Source: an uncultured Clostridia bacterium
GTDB lineage: Bacteria > Bacillota > Clostridia > Christensenellales > UBA1242
Direction: 5' to 3'
Length of the DNA stretch: 64,000 nucleotides
NCBI GenBank assembly: GCA_947625515.1
Contig: CANQOO010000005.1
Coordinates: 24,576 to 88,575 of the forward strand
In this document: positions 9,056 to 18,817 of the stretch, one piece after another
Layout of the letters: every line of letters begins with the position of its first letter
How positions within the stretch are numbered: position 1 is the stretch's first letter
Notes under the pieces: model-generated
Told to the model about the DNA's origin: nothing
Databases searched by the model: none
What the model saw: the letters and a program-made list of their open reading frames with translations, nothing else
Translations under genes and position numbers: made by a program

Positions 9056-9547
9056 TTAAATCCTCCTTTCAATGATCTGTGAAACGCCAAGCATAATCAG
9101 CACCACGCAAGCCACAGATTTTCCAGCAATACAAAATTTTTCGTTATTTTTGTTAATAATCCCCAATTTTTCCAAAAATGAGAGATGGTGATACACCTTT
9201 CCAGTTGTTGGAAAATTCAATATTTCCATAATTTCTTTCGCCGTTAAAGGTTTTTTAAGCAAAAGTTTCACAATGTCAATTCTTTCTTCTGTAGAAAAAG
9301 CGTCAATCACATGTGCCACTTCATTTGAATTCATTTTCAAAATTTTGCCAATGGAAACATCCCCCGCAAAAGTTGAGCCAATTTTTCTGTCGGAAGATTC
9401 ATATTTTCCTCGATAAGTCAACATCCCCACATTCATGTCTTTTGCCTCTTGCATGCTTTTTTCGCGATGACCACCCTTCGACTCAAGTTTTTCAAGACGA
9501 CTTTCAAGTTCTTTCAGTCTTTCTTCAAATTCAATTTGTTTTTTCAT
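9056..9547 (-). CDS. ArsR-type winged-HTH transcriptional regulator with N-terminal coiled coil and C-terminal hydrophobic segment
   Basis: ...ERIDIVKLLLKKPLTAKEIMEILNFPTTGKVYHHLSFLEKLGII.... The GGGAGGGG RBS precedes MKKQIEF. Confidence 0.6.
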   Translation of the reverse strand: MKKQIEFEERLKELESRLEKLESKGGHREKSMQEAKDMNVGMLTYRGKYESSDRKIGSTFAGDVSIGKILKMNSNEVAHVIDAFSTEERIDIVKLLLKKPLTAKEIMEILNFPTTGKVYHHLSFLEKLGIINKNNEKFCIAGKSVACVVLIMLGVSQIIERRI

Positions 9548-9810
9548 TTCCCCTCCCATATTTTAAATTACAACTTGTGCTATGGTTTTATGTAATTTCG
9601 TAAAATAATATACCACATGAAGCCTAACTTGTCAACACTTTTTTGCAGAAATTTTTATAATAAATTTTGTGTATGAAAATAGTTATATAAAAATAAAAAA
9701 AATGCCTATAACTAGGCAAGTTTTTGGCTGTTATCGCCAAAAAGTCGATTTTGCTGCCGAGCCGAAGGCGAACGCCAAGCCGCAGGCTTATTGCTCCAGA
9801 GCGGAACGCC

Positions 9811-9849
9811 AGTTCCGTGCAAATTTTTGTAAAATTTGCAAAATTTTGT
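9811..9849. repeat. 39-bp direct repeat, copy 1 (palindrome-rich), downstream of tRNA-Thr(CGT)
   Basis: agttccgtgcaaatttttgtaaaatttgcaaaattttgt is identical to 9937-9975. Confidence 0.85.
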
Positions 9850-9936
9850 TTCACAAGCTCTAAATTTTTATTTCCTTTCTCCTCATTGGAGCTGTTCAGT
9901 GAGCGAAGCGAACGCTGAAAGCTCCAAACGGAACAT

Positions 9937-9975
9937 AGTTCCGTGCAAATTTTTGTAAAATTTGCAAAATTTTGT
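9937..9975. repeat. 39-bp direct repeat, copy 2
   Basis: Identical to 9811-9849. The preceding ggaac-N-gttcc hairpin is also duplicated. Confidence 0.85.
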
Positions 9976-9989
9976 GAAACAAAATTTTT

Positions 9990-10065
9990 TGGAGCTGATG
10001 GCGGGACTCGGACCCGCGACCTGTCGATTACGAATCGACTGCTCTACCAACTGAGCCACATCAGC
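9990..10065 (-). tRNA. tRNA-Thr (anticodon CGT), CCA encoded
   Basis: Manual cloverleaf: acceptor GCTGATG/CATCAGC, anticodon arm GTCGA-TTCGTAA-TCGAC, T arm GCGGG/CCCGC. Confidence 0.9.
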
Positions 10066-10396
10066 ATAAGGTGCAAAAGCACCAAAGTTTTTGTGATTTG
10101 TTTTTGTTTGATTTCTATTTATGAATTTGTTTTTTTGATTTTATTTACAAACCAATCGCTATAACAATGAGCCACATCAGCACGAACGCAAAAATTATAT
10201 TCCTTTTTGCGTCAAAAGTCAAGCGGTTTTCAGGTTTGCAGTGAGGAGATTTGTGTGTTTTTTATGTCTCATTTCATTTTACACATTTAATTTCATTCTG
10301 TCGGCTACACTTTGCCATGTTCTCTTTCATTCCCGCTTTCAACTCATCATTCCAACATCATCAATTCAACTTCATTCATCAACTTCGCTTTCTCTT

Positions 10397-11428
10397 TCAC
10401 TTTCTCAGTGCGAAGCTGACTTTTGCCTGCTCTTCGTCTTTGGCGATCACTTCAACTTGCACGCGGTCGCCCACCTTTACAATTTCGTAAATTTTCTTTG
10501 TGCGGTCATCGGTGGCGTTTGAGATGTGCAGCAGCCCTGTTGCACCGTTTTCCACCTTCACGATGGCACCAAACTGCAAAAGTTTGACAACCTCGCCGTC
10601 ATAGACCTGCCCAACAACAAGTTCTTCAATGCGGGATTGTTTCGGGTCTTTTTGAAGTGCTTTAAGGGAAAGTTCCACCTTTTTGTTTTCGCGGTCCAGC
10701 CCAATCACCTTAAACTGCCTCTCGTCGCCGATGGACAGAGCGTCCTCCACTTTTTCCAGCCTCTCATATGAAATTTGCGAAATATGCAAAAAGCAATCCA
10801 CGCCGTCCACATTGACAAACGCCCCATACGGCATGATTCTTGCCACTTTTCCGCGGACGATTTTGTTTATGAAGATGCTGTTCCAGAAATTGTTTTCAAT
10901 GGCCACACGCGTCTGCTCCTGCAAAAGTTTGACGCTGCCAACAATACGTTTTGCCTCTTTGTCAATTTCGGTGACGACCGCTTCCATTTGACGGCCGACA
11001 TATTTGTGGTGATTTTTAAGTGCCACGGCAGAAACCTCGTCAAATGGGATGACAATTTGAAAGTCGCCCATTCTGGAAACGAGCCCGCCCTCGCCGACTG
11101 CGGTGACAACAAAAGAAAACTTGCTGCCCAGCCTCAGTGACGCGGCATTTTGATTGGCCATTTTAAGTGCGTCCGCCAAACTTTTGGAAGCTTCAATCAG
11201 CCCCTCTTCATTTTTGGACTTGGTGATTACCACCGAAAATCTGTCGCCAATTTTCAGCCCGGCAAAATCTTCAAAATCGTCCGCGGGAATGAAGGCATCG
11301 TTCTTGCCGCCAATATTGAAGATGCAGCCCGCGTCCGTTTTTTGCACCACCACGCCGTCAAAAGCCTGCCCTTTTTTGTATGATGTGAAAGTTTTGTCAA
11401 TCAAATCCAAATTAAAATTTTCGCTCAT
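10397..11428 (-). CDS. rpsA: S1 RNA-binding domain protein (ribosomal protein S1-like, four S1 repeats)
   Basis: 343 aa with repeated G..v.G.V....gaFV.... motifs. Lies next to plsC, as is common in Firmicutes. Confidence 0.8.
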   Translation of the reverse strand: MSENFNLDLIDKTFTSYKKGQAFDGVVVQKTDAGCIFNIGGKNDAFIPADDFEDFAGLKIGDRFSVVITKSKNEEGLIEASKSLADALKMANQNAASLRLGSKFSFVVTAVGEGGLVSRMGDFQIVIPFDEVSAVALKNHHKYVGRQMEAVVTEIDKEAKRIVGSVKLLQEQTRVAIENNFWNSIFINKIVRGKVARIMPYGAFVNVDGVDCFLHISQISYERLEKVEDALSIGDERQFKVIGLDRENKKVELSLKALQKDPKQSRIEELVVGQVYDGEVVKLLQFGAIVKVENGATGLLHISNATDDRTKKIYEIVKVGDRVQVEVIAKDEEQAKVSFALRK

Positions 11429-11716
11429 AATTCACCCATTTTGTGCAGGTTGCTTGCAAATGTGCCAACACACCTTCACGCAAGCAGAAACCAATTTGAA
11501 AGTAATATATCAAAAAGAAAGAAAAAAGTCAAACAAAAAACGCTTTTGTCCAACTTTTTTAAGCGGCAGAAATTTCTTTCCGCAAAACACTCCTTTTTCA
11601 CGAGTGTAAAATCGCATCTTGCTCCCAGAATTGGTCGGCATAGATTTTTTTAACATATGCAGCCATGAGCATTTCACCCATATCAGTCACATTTGTCAGC
11701 CAAATTAAGTTGCATA

Positions 11717-12337
11717 TCATTTTTTCTTCTTTTTCTTGTCCTTTTCCGCCAAAATCTGACTGCGAAGAGCCAGCATCTTTTCGCGAACAACCTGATTGGC
11801 TTTTTCCAAAGTTTCTTCGTCAAGTTTTTGGTCATAAAACTGGTCAAGTTCAAACGCCGTGCCGATGTGATATCTGCTCACGCGGAAAATTTTGGCTTTT
11901 CGTTCAATCCAAACTGGCACAACGGGCGTTTTTGTTTTGATGGCAATCAGAGCCATGCCGCTTTTGAGTTCCCCCAAAATGTCCGCCTCATTTTTCAGCC
12001 GCGTCCCCTCTGGAAAAACCAGCAATTTTTTGCCGTCTTTCAGTGCCTTCATGCATTTTTTGATGGCGGTCACATCGCTGACGGAGCGGTCAATCTCAAT
12101 GCCGCCCAGCCACCTAAGGAACGCCCCAAACGGCTTGAATTTAAACAGTTCTTTTTTCGATAAAATTTTAATTCTTTCTCCGACATTCGTCAGCCACAGC
12201 ACAATATCCCAATTCGAGCGATGATTGACGCTTAAAATCGCCTTGCCCTGCGGCAAATTTTCCCGCCCATAAATTTTCGTTGGGTGAAAAATGGAAAAAA
12301 ACGTCCACGCAATCCCCCGCAAAAAACTGTAAAACAT
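11717..12337 (-). CDS. plsC: 1-acyl-sn-glycerol-3-phosphate acyltransferase
   Basis: NHRSNWD (HX4D) and FPEGTR motifs. GGAGGTG RBS precedes MFYSFLRG. Confidence 0.85.
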   Translation of the reverse strand: MFYSFLRGIAWTFFSIFHPTKIYGRENLPQGKAILSVNHRSNWDIVLWLTNVGERIKILSKKELFKFKPFGAFLRWLGGIEIDRSVSDVTAIKKCMKALKDGKKLLVFPEGTRLKNEADILGELKSGMALIAIKTKTPVVPVWIERKAKIFRVSRYHIGTAFELDQFYDQKLDEETLEKANQVVREKMLALRSQILAEKDKKKKKK

Positions 12338-12523
12338 CCTGTCACCTCCGCTAAGCAGCCTCACGCTGCCACATTTTGCAACAAACAACTTTAAAATCAG
12401 CCCTAAATCAACTTAAAATTGGCATGAAGTCCGAAGTTTTAAATTCCGCCTTAAATTTTAAAAACAGCCATAAAATTTGCACCACAATCTCGCTGTCACA
12501 AATATGATAGCCTTTTTCAAATT

Positions 12524-13744
12524 TTATTCCAAATGTTTTGCACACATGAATGCAGTTGCCCAAGCAATTTGCAGGTTAAAACCGCCCGTGAAGGCGTCCA
12601 CATCCAGCACCTCGCCGACAAAATATAGTCCCTTTTGAAGTTTGCTTTCAAAAGTTTTGGGGTTGACTTCATCAAGGCTCACGCCGCCGCTTGTGACAAT
12701 GCCGGCGTTGAGGTCATACAGCCCGCCAAAAGTGAGCGGAAAATGTTTGAGAAGTTTTGCAATCTTTTCGCGTTCTTCTTTTGTTATGCCGTTCACCTTT
12801 CGCCCATCAAGGCCGCAGACGCTGCAAAAAACTTCCGCCACCGACTTTGGCAGCAGCCCGCGAAATACTGCCAGCACATCCTTATTTTTGGCGGAGTCAA
12901 AATCCCGCAAAAGCCGTGCGTCAAGTTGTTTCTCGTCAAGAGCAGGCTTGAAATCCAGCCAAAGTTGCACGCTTTTTGCACGATTGACCACGCTGGAAAG
13001 CGAAAGCACAATCGGCCCCGAGATGCCGTCCTCCGTGAAAAGCATTTCTCCAAAAAATTCCAACTTCTTCCCGTCAGCCAAGGCGGACAAAGTGACATTC
13101 TTCAAAGAGACGCCCTGCAATTTCTTGACAAACACATCATTCAAACGGATGGGGCAAAGTGCTGGCACAAGCGGAACAACGTCATGCCCAAACGCTCGGG
13201 CAATTTCATATCCCTTGCCGTCACTGCCGGTGGTGCGATAACTCTTCCCGCCAGTTGCCACAATCACGCGGTCAAATTTATGCTCCGCCACCGCCGTGCG
13301 GACGCAAAAAGAATCAGATGTGCTTTTCACATCCAGCACCTCTTCGTCCAGACGAAAATCCACCCCTTTGCAGTGCACTTTTTGCAGCACCCGAATCACA
13401 TCGCTGGATTTGTCGCTCTGCGGAAAAACGCGTTGCCCACGCTCCACTTTTGTCCTCAGCCCCAGCCCTTCAAAAAAATCCACCGCATCCTGGCTGGAAA
13501 AGTTGTAGATGGCACTTCGCAAAAATTTTTCGCCACGCACAACGTTTTTCAAAAAGTCATCCGACGGGCAGAGATTTGTGAGATTGCATCTGCCTTTGCC
13601 GGTGATGTAAAGTTTTTTGCCCACCTTTTCATTTTTGTCAAACACCACAACATGATGCCCCGCCTCACTCAAAAAGCCCGCCACAAAAAGTCCTGATGCC
13701 CCGCCGCCAATCACGGCGATGTCCAATTTTGTTTCAGAAAACAT
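12524..13744 (-). CDS. FAD-dependent oxidoreductase, HI0933/YhiN (BaiN-like) family
   Basis: DIAVIGGGASGLF dinucleotide-binding motif with family-typical length. The start lies 1 nt after the rluB stop. Confidence 0.8.
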   Translation of the reverse strand: MFSETKLDIAVIGGGASGLFVAGFLSEAGHHVVVFDKNEKVGKKLYITGKGRCNLTNLCPSDDFLKNVVRGEKFLRSAIYNFSSQDAVDFFEGLGLRTKVERGQRVFPQSDKSSDVIRVLQKVHCKGVDFRLDEEVLDVKSTSDSFCVRTAVAEHKFDRVIVATGGKSYRTTGSDGKGYEIARAFGHDVVPLVPALCPIRLNDVFVKKLQGVSLKNVTLSALADGKKLEFFGEMLFTEDGISGPIVLSLSSVVNRAKSVQLWLDFKPALDEKQLDARLLRDFDSAKNKDVLAVFRGLLPKSVAEVFCSVCGLDGRKVNGITKEEREKIAKLLKHFPLTFGGLYDLNAGIVTSGGVSLDEVNPKTFESKLQKGLYFVGEVLDVDAFTGGFNLQIAWATAFMCAKHLE

Positions 13745-13745
13745 T

Positions 13746-14474
13746 TCATTCCTCATTCGTCTGATTTTTTCTGTGCTGCAAAAAATATGCGATTTCATCG
13801 GCTGTCATCGGCCTAGTTTTGCCGCGTGAAAGTCCGCCAAGCACAACGCCGCCAATCCTGACACGCTTCAAAAGCACAATCGTCCGCCCAATGCAGTCAA
13901 ACATCCTGCGAACCTGATGATTTTGCCCCTCATCAATCACAACAGCAAGTTTGGTGTTTTTGCCGTCATAGCCCAAAAAGTTGACTTTTGCTTTTGGCAT
14001 TCGCACGCCGTTTTCCACAACGCCATTTCGAAGCACCGCAAGCTCGCTTTCCTTCATTTCGCCTTCGACTGTCACGTGATATTCCTTCTCAAAATGAAAA
14101 CGCGGATGGGTGACAAGATTGGCAAAGTCGCCATCATTGGTCAAAAAAATCAGCCCCTCGGTGGCGTAGTCCAGCCTGCCGACGTTCACAAGACGCACGT
14201 CGCTTTGCACCAAGTCAAAAATGGTCTTTCTGCCCTTTTCGTCCTTCGCGGAGCACACATAGCCTTTAGGCTTGTTAAGTTTCAAATAGACAAACTCCTG
14301 CGGCAACTTCACACGCACGCCGTCCACTGCAACAACATCTTTTTTCTCGTTAATCTCCACGCCCAATTCGCTGACGACCACGCCGCCAACAGTCACCCTG
14401 CCGCTTGAAATAATTTCGTCACATTTTCGACGAGATGCCACCCCGCAGGCACTTAAAAATTTGTTTAATCTCAT
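13746..14474 (-). CDS. rluB: Pseudouridine synthase, RsuA/RluB family
   Basis: S4 domain MRLNKFLSACGVASRRKCDEII and catalytic GRLDYATEGL. Confidence 0.85.
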   Translation of the reverse strand: MRLNKFLSACGVASRRKCDEIISSGRVTVGGVVVSELGVEINEKKDVVAVDGVRVKLPQEFVYLKLNKPKGYVCSAKDEKGRKTIFDLVQSDVRLVNVGRLDYATEGLIFLTNDGDFANLVTHPRFHFEKEYHVTVEGEMKESELAVLRNGVVENGVRMPKAKVNFLGYDGKNTKLAVVIDEGQNHQVRRMFDCIGRTIVLLKRVRIGGVVLGGLSRGKTRPMTADEIAYFLQHRKNQTNEE

Positions 14475-14759
14475 AAAAAAATCCTTTTCGCAATCGCCCG
14501 ATTGTGCAAAGGATTGTTTTTCAGGAAGTTTTTAAGAATTTTCCAAAGCAAAATTTATTTTTGCATGCAAATTTTCGATAAACTAAAAAACTCTTCGCAG
14601 CAAATTTTCTTCTCGCAAAATGTTTTTTTCTTGGAAACTTATTCGGAAATTTTTAGCATAAATTTTTTCGCACATAGCTTTTCGACATTTCCGCTCGCAA
14701 ATTTTGTTCACACGCAATTTTAGACGAAATTTTCGCTCTCAAAATTCGCAAGGCAAAAC

Positions 14760-15938
14760 CTAGACTTGCGGCTCAACATCCCAGTTTCCAAAAAAATCCT
14801 TCATCCTTTGCAAAACCGATTTTGGCTTTACATCTTCCATTGTATAGATTTTTTCGGAGAAAAGCAAGTTATTATCCAAAAATATTTCCACTTTCCCAAC
14901 TTCGGCACCTTTTTTTGTGGGTGCAGCGACCACTTCTGGCAGCGTATAGACAAATTTCAGCCGCGAAAGTTCGTCCTCGGTGAGCGGGTAAACAAACTGC
15001 TCGGTGGTGCCAATTTGTGTCGTTTGCACGCGTCCGTCCTTGACCGCAACCGTGTGATTGAAGTCATATTTTTGCGTCAGGTCATAAAGTTTAAATTTTT
15101 CAGCACAAAGTTTCAAAATCTCTGCACTCTCCGGAAACATCGGCCCGCAATTAAGCACCACACACACAATCCTCACGCCATCCTTCTCTATTGCCGAAAC
15201 AAGGCAACGTCCGGCATCATCCGTGAAGCCTGTTTTCACGCCGATGCAACCATCCAGCGTGTGCAAAAGTTTGTTTTTGTTACGCAAATATTTAATTTCG
15301 CCGCTTTCATTTCCGTTGACAATCTGGGTGTTTTTTGTGCCAACAATGTTGCGGAAAGTTTCGTTTTCAAGTGCATATGCCGTGATGCACGCAAGGTCGT
15401 ATGCGGTGGTGTAATGTCCGCCCTCGTCCAGCCCATGAGTGTTGGCAAAATGAGTGTTCTTGACGCCAATTTTGCGGGCAAGGTCGTTCATCATTGTCAC
15501 AAATTCGCTTGTTGACCCCGCCACATGCTCGGCAATGGCCACAGAAGCGTCATTGCCGGAGACAAGCATCAGGCCATACAAAAGTTCTCGCGTGGAAAAA
15601 ATATCCCCCTTGCGAAGATAGAGTGATGTCCCCGAAACGCCCACAGCCTTTGGCGAAATCTCAAATTTTTCGTCCAGGTCTTGGCAGTTTTCAATGGTGG
15701 TTATGGCAGTCATAATTTTTGTGGTGCTTGCCATTGGCAGCTTGACATCTTCGTTGTGGGCAAAAAGCTTTCTTAATGTGGAAGTTTCCAGCACCGCACA
15801 CGCTTTTGCCGAGCAGGACAACTGGACTGCATTTGCTGGAAGCGGCGTGGAAGTGTGCAGCCCAATCGCCACAAACATCACGCACAGCAAAATGGCGACA
15901 ACGCCCAGCCCGACGCGGCACAATTTTTCACTCTTCAT
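14760..15938 (-). CDS. D-alanyl-D-alanine carboxypeptidase (PBP5/DacB-type serine peptidase S11)
   Basis: ASTTK (SxxK), SGN and KTG motifs with an N-terminal signal anchor. Confidence 0.85.
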   Translation of the reverse strand: MKSEKLCRVGLGVVAILLCVMFVAIGLHTSTPLPANAVQLSCSAKACAVLETSTLRKLFAHNEDVKLPMASTTKIMTAITTIENCQDLDEKFEISPKAVGVSGTSLYLRKGDIFSTRELLYGLMLVSGNDASVAIAEHVAGSTSEFVTMMNDLARKIGVKNTHFANTHGLDEGGHYTTAYDLACITAYALENETFRNIVGTKNTQIVNGNESGEIKYLRNKNKLLHTLDGCIGVKTGFTDDAGRCLVSAIEKDGVRIVCVVLNCGPMFPESAEILKLCAEKFKLYDLTQKYDFNHTVAVKDGRVQTTQIGTTEQFVYPLTEDELSRLKFVYTLPEVVAAPTKKGAEVGKVEIFLDNNLLFSEKIYTMEDVKPKSVLQRMKDFFGNWDVEPQV

Positions 15939-16698
15939 CGTCCGCCTCGTCAAAACGAATTTGATTTGCAAAACTTAAATCTTCGTCAGATGCCTCATCA
16001 TGCCTTGCATGTTTCCTTTCTTGTTTTCTAAGTTTTTTCTCCTGTTTTTTCTGCTCTCTTTTCAAATTTTTGCGTTCTTTCTTCAAAAGCTTCCCCTGCA
16101 TATCATCCAGTTCATCTTCCAAATTTTGCAACGCACCTGCATTTTCATCATCGGCCGCATTTTCGTCATCGTCACCCTCACCATTTTCGGCATCTTCTTC
16201 TTCGTTGTTTTCGCTGAAATTTTTGCCTTTTTCCTTGCCAAAATTTGCGTCCTCATCTTCGTCCATGCAAGAAGCGTCATGCGGGCATCCACAGTTTTCA
16301 TTTTGGCAGCCACTGTCAGCATTCTTTTCCATTTTTTGCAGAAGTGAATTAAACATGTTAAGCACCGTTTGATAAAGCGATTTATTTTCAACGTTCACAA
16401 AGTCCACATCACCATTTTCATGCAAAATAAGAAAGCCGACCGGCGAAACGCTCATGCCGCCGCTGGACCCGCCACTCATAGGGAAATGATTTGCAACCCG
16501 TCTTGCAGAAAGGTCGGCATACTCTCCGCCGCCCACAACAAACCCAACTGTGACCTTGGAAATTGGAATGATTGTGTCATTGCCAGGCGTGACAATTTGC
16601 TCCCCAACAATTGTGCTGCTGTCCACAATGGTTTTAAGTTTTTCCATTGCTGTTGAAATTAAATCGTTGATTGATGTTGAATCTCCATATATTCTCAT
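15928..16698 (-). CDS. ytfJ: Sporulation protein YtfJ/GerW family with long acidic/basic C-terminal extension
   Basis: ...TAMEKLKTIVDSSTIVGEQIVTPGNDTIIPISKVTVGFVVGGGEY...SGGSSGGMSVSPVGFLIL. GGAGGT RBS precedes MRIYGD. Confidence 0.75.
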   Translation of the reverse strand: MRIYGDSTSINDLISTAMEKLKTIVDSSTIVGEQIVTPGNDTIIPISKVTVGFVVGGGEYADLSARRVANHFPMSGGSSGGMSVSPVGFLILHENGDVDFVNVENKSLYQTVLNMFNSLLQKMEKNADSGCQNENCGCPHDASCMDEDEDANFGKEKGKNFSENNEEEDAENGEGDDDENAADDENAGALQNLEDELDDMQGKLLKKERKNLKREQKKQEKKLRKQERKHARHDEASDEDLSFANQIRFDEADDEE

Positions 16699-16887
16699 AT
16701 TGACCTCCATTTTCTTTGCATACTACACCACATATTGTGTATTATGTTGCATACTACGCTTCATATTGTATGTTGTTTTGTTTCATTTCACATCTTCTGT
16801 TTAGCGTTGTCGCCTCACTTTACACTCCCTTTCACACAGCTTTTGCTTTCTGTTTACGCTTTTTGTCTGTGCATTTTGTTTCCTTTT

Positions 16888-17466
16888 TCACATCTTTTGT
16901 GAAGTGTTTGCTTTTTCATTTTTCATCCTTCTTCTTGATAGAATAACCGAAAGGACAAAAGAATATGCAACATCAAAGAAAGAAATTGATGCCGCCACCC
17001 TGCCCGCCACCTCGCACTGAGTTTTGTTGTAGGAAACAGTGTCATACACGCAGAACGAAGCGGTCGGCTTGTGACTTTTCAGCACAAGAAAAACATGCAT
17101 AAGCACCAAATTCACCAGCCCGCAAACAAGTGCACTGGAATAGGCATCGCCGGTGCCAATGTTGTAGAAAACATACATTTTTTTAAGCCTTATTTTGTCC
17201 TTGATTTGCTTGGAAAATTCTTCCACAAGTGCAAACTGCTGGCTGGAAAATTCGATTTCTTGTCGTTTGGTTTCTTTTTCATTTTGCAACTCCACATATG
17301 TCCCGTGGAAAGAGACAATAAAATAAAACACCTTGATGCGAAACAAAAATAGTGCCACCACCCCGCGATTGAAAAGCGGATTGAACGACACCCGCACTTC
17401 CGCAAACACCGGGAACACCAAAATGATGACAACAACCGCCGGAATGAGATAATAAAGCGAATTCAT
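16888..17466 (-). CDS. Membrane protein, DUF2953/YtfI-like (upstream partner of ytfJ)
   Basis: N-terminal TM helix and a position upstream of ytfJ, as with B. subtilis ytfI. The start is uncertain: ATG at 17466 versus TTG at 17523. Confidence 0.45.
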   Translation of the reverse strand: MNSLYYLIPAVVVIILVFPVFAEVRVSFNPLFNRGVVALFLFRIKVFYFIVSFHGTYVELQNEKETKRQEIEFSSQQFALVEEFSKQIKDKIRLKKMYVFYNIGTGDAYSSALVCGLVNLVLMHVFLVLKSHKPTASFCVYDTVSYNKTQCEVAGRVAASISFFDVAYSFVLSVILSRRRMKNEKANTSQKM

Positions 17467-17624
17467 GTTGTTATGTTTTGCAACTTCGCAAAAATCATGC
17501 CAAATTTTTTGAACATCAATCAAGTTTTCTTGCCTATATTTTTTTTAGAATTCCTATCAAAAATATTTTGAAAAACAGCAAAAATAAGGTAGAATATAAA
17601 TCTAAAATATCTTATGGGGTGAAT

Positions 17625-18794
17625 ATGGAAGAAAAACGATTGAAAATTGCACTTTGCTGCGACTCATTTTTCCCAATGGTGGATGGAGTCATCAATGTGC
17701 TTCACAACTATGCCGAAATCTTGTCCAAAAAGCACGACGTCACCGTTTTTGTTCCTGAAAGCACCGACAAAAAATATGTGGACAATTTCCCATACAAAGT
17801 TTGCCGCTGCAAAAATTTGCCGATTAATTTTGGCGACTATGTCACACCCGCTCCCACCCTTGACCGCCATTTCAAGAAGATGCTGGATGACAATTTTGAC
17901 ATCATCCATCTGCACAGTCCGTTCACCATCGCAAAAGCAGCAGTCAAAGTGGCAAAAAAGAGGGACATTCCAATCATCGTCACCCTTCACAGCCAATTTA
18001 AGAAAGATTTTCTGGAAAAAACAAAAAGCAAACTCCTCACCGCCTTCATGATGAAATACATTGCCAAAACCTTCAACAGTTGCGAAGAACTTTGGACGAT
18101 GAACTCGAAATTGGAAGAGATGAGCCACGAATATGGCTACAACGGAAAGGTCTTTCTGCTGCCAAACGGCTGCGACATGAAAAAACAAAATATCGACAAC
18201 AAAAAAGAGGACGCCATAAAAAGCAAATATGTCCAAAATGGCGAGCATTTGTTGCTTTTTGTCGGACGAATTCACAGGCTAAAAAACATTGATTTCATTT
18301 TTGAGACCTGTCAGCACTTGAAGGAAAAGAATTTCCCATTCAAGATGTTGTTCATCGGCAGCGGGCAGGACTATGACAAATATTTAAAAAGACGCCAAGA
18401 AGACGGGCTGGAAGAAGAACTTCAATTTCTTGGCAAAATCACAGACAGAGAAAAGTTGCAGCATTTCTATAAAGCAAGCGACCTGTTCATCTTCCCGTCA
18501 TATTATGACTGCGACGCCATTGTCAAAAATGAAGCCGCCGCTTTCGGAACGCCTACAATTTTTGTGGAGGGTGCCATCACCGCGTCCAGCGTGAAGGACG
18601 GCGTGAACGGATATGTCGGCAAAAATGACCCAGCTGCATTTGCGGACAAAATTGTAGAGATTTTCAACGATGAGCAAAAATATAAGCAAGTTTGCATAAA
18701 CGCCGAAAAAACACTTTTCAAAACTTGGGATGAGATCGTCGAGCAAGCTGAAAAGCGATATTATCAAATCATCAAATCACACAAAAAAAAGTGA
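17625..18794 (+). CDS. Glycosyltransferase family 4 (GT-B; diacylglycerol glycosyltransferase-like)
   Basis: MEEKRLKIALCCDSFFPMVDGV... N-terminus, and a C-terminal ...FPSYYDCDAIVKNEAAAFGTP... (E-x7-E-like region). Confidence 0.75.
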   Translation: MEEKRLKIALCCDSFFPMVDGVINVLHNYAEILSKKHDVTVFVPESTDKKYVDNFPYKVCRCKNLPINFGDYVTPAPTLDRHFKKMLDDNFDIIHLHSPFTIAKAAVKVAKKRDIPIIVTLHSQFKKDFLEKTKSKLLTAFMMKYIAKTFNSCEELWTMNSKLEEMSHEYGYNGKVFLLPNGCDMKKQNIDNKKEDAIKSKYVQNGEHLLLFVGRIHRLKNIDFIFETCQHLKEKNFPFKMLFIGSGQDYDKYLKRRQEDGLEEELQFLGKITDREKLQHFYKASDLFIFPSYYDCDAIVKNEAAAFGTPTIFVEGAITASSVKDGVNGYVGKNDPAAFADKIVEIFNDEQKYKQVCINAEKTLFKTWDEIVEQAEKRYYQIIKSHKKK

Positions 18795-18817
18795 TAAAAA
18801 TCTAAAGAGGTGAAAAA

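Noticed and set aside
9624-9918. Small ORFs (64-76 aa) in the tRNA-Thr(CGT) downstream region
   Set aside because: They lie in palindrome- and repeat-rich non-coding DNA and have no RBS.
12635-13696. Long antisense ORFs opposite well-supported genes (also 36763-37824, 39716-40678, 40901-41975, 46604-47638, 47726-48493, 50038-50913, 14766-15515, 35918-36673)
   Set aside because: These are shadow ORFs on the opposite strand of conserved genes with clear motifs (oxidoreductase, prfB, P-type ATPase, rnr, pyk, PBP, tsaD). They have no RBS or recognisable motifs.
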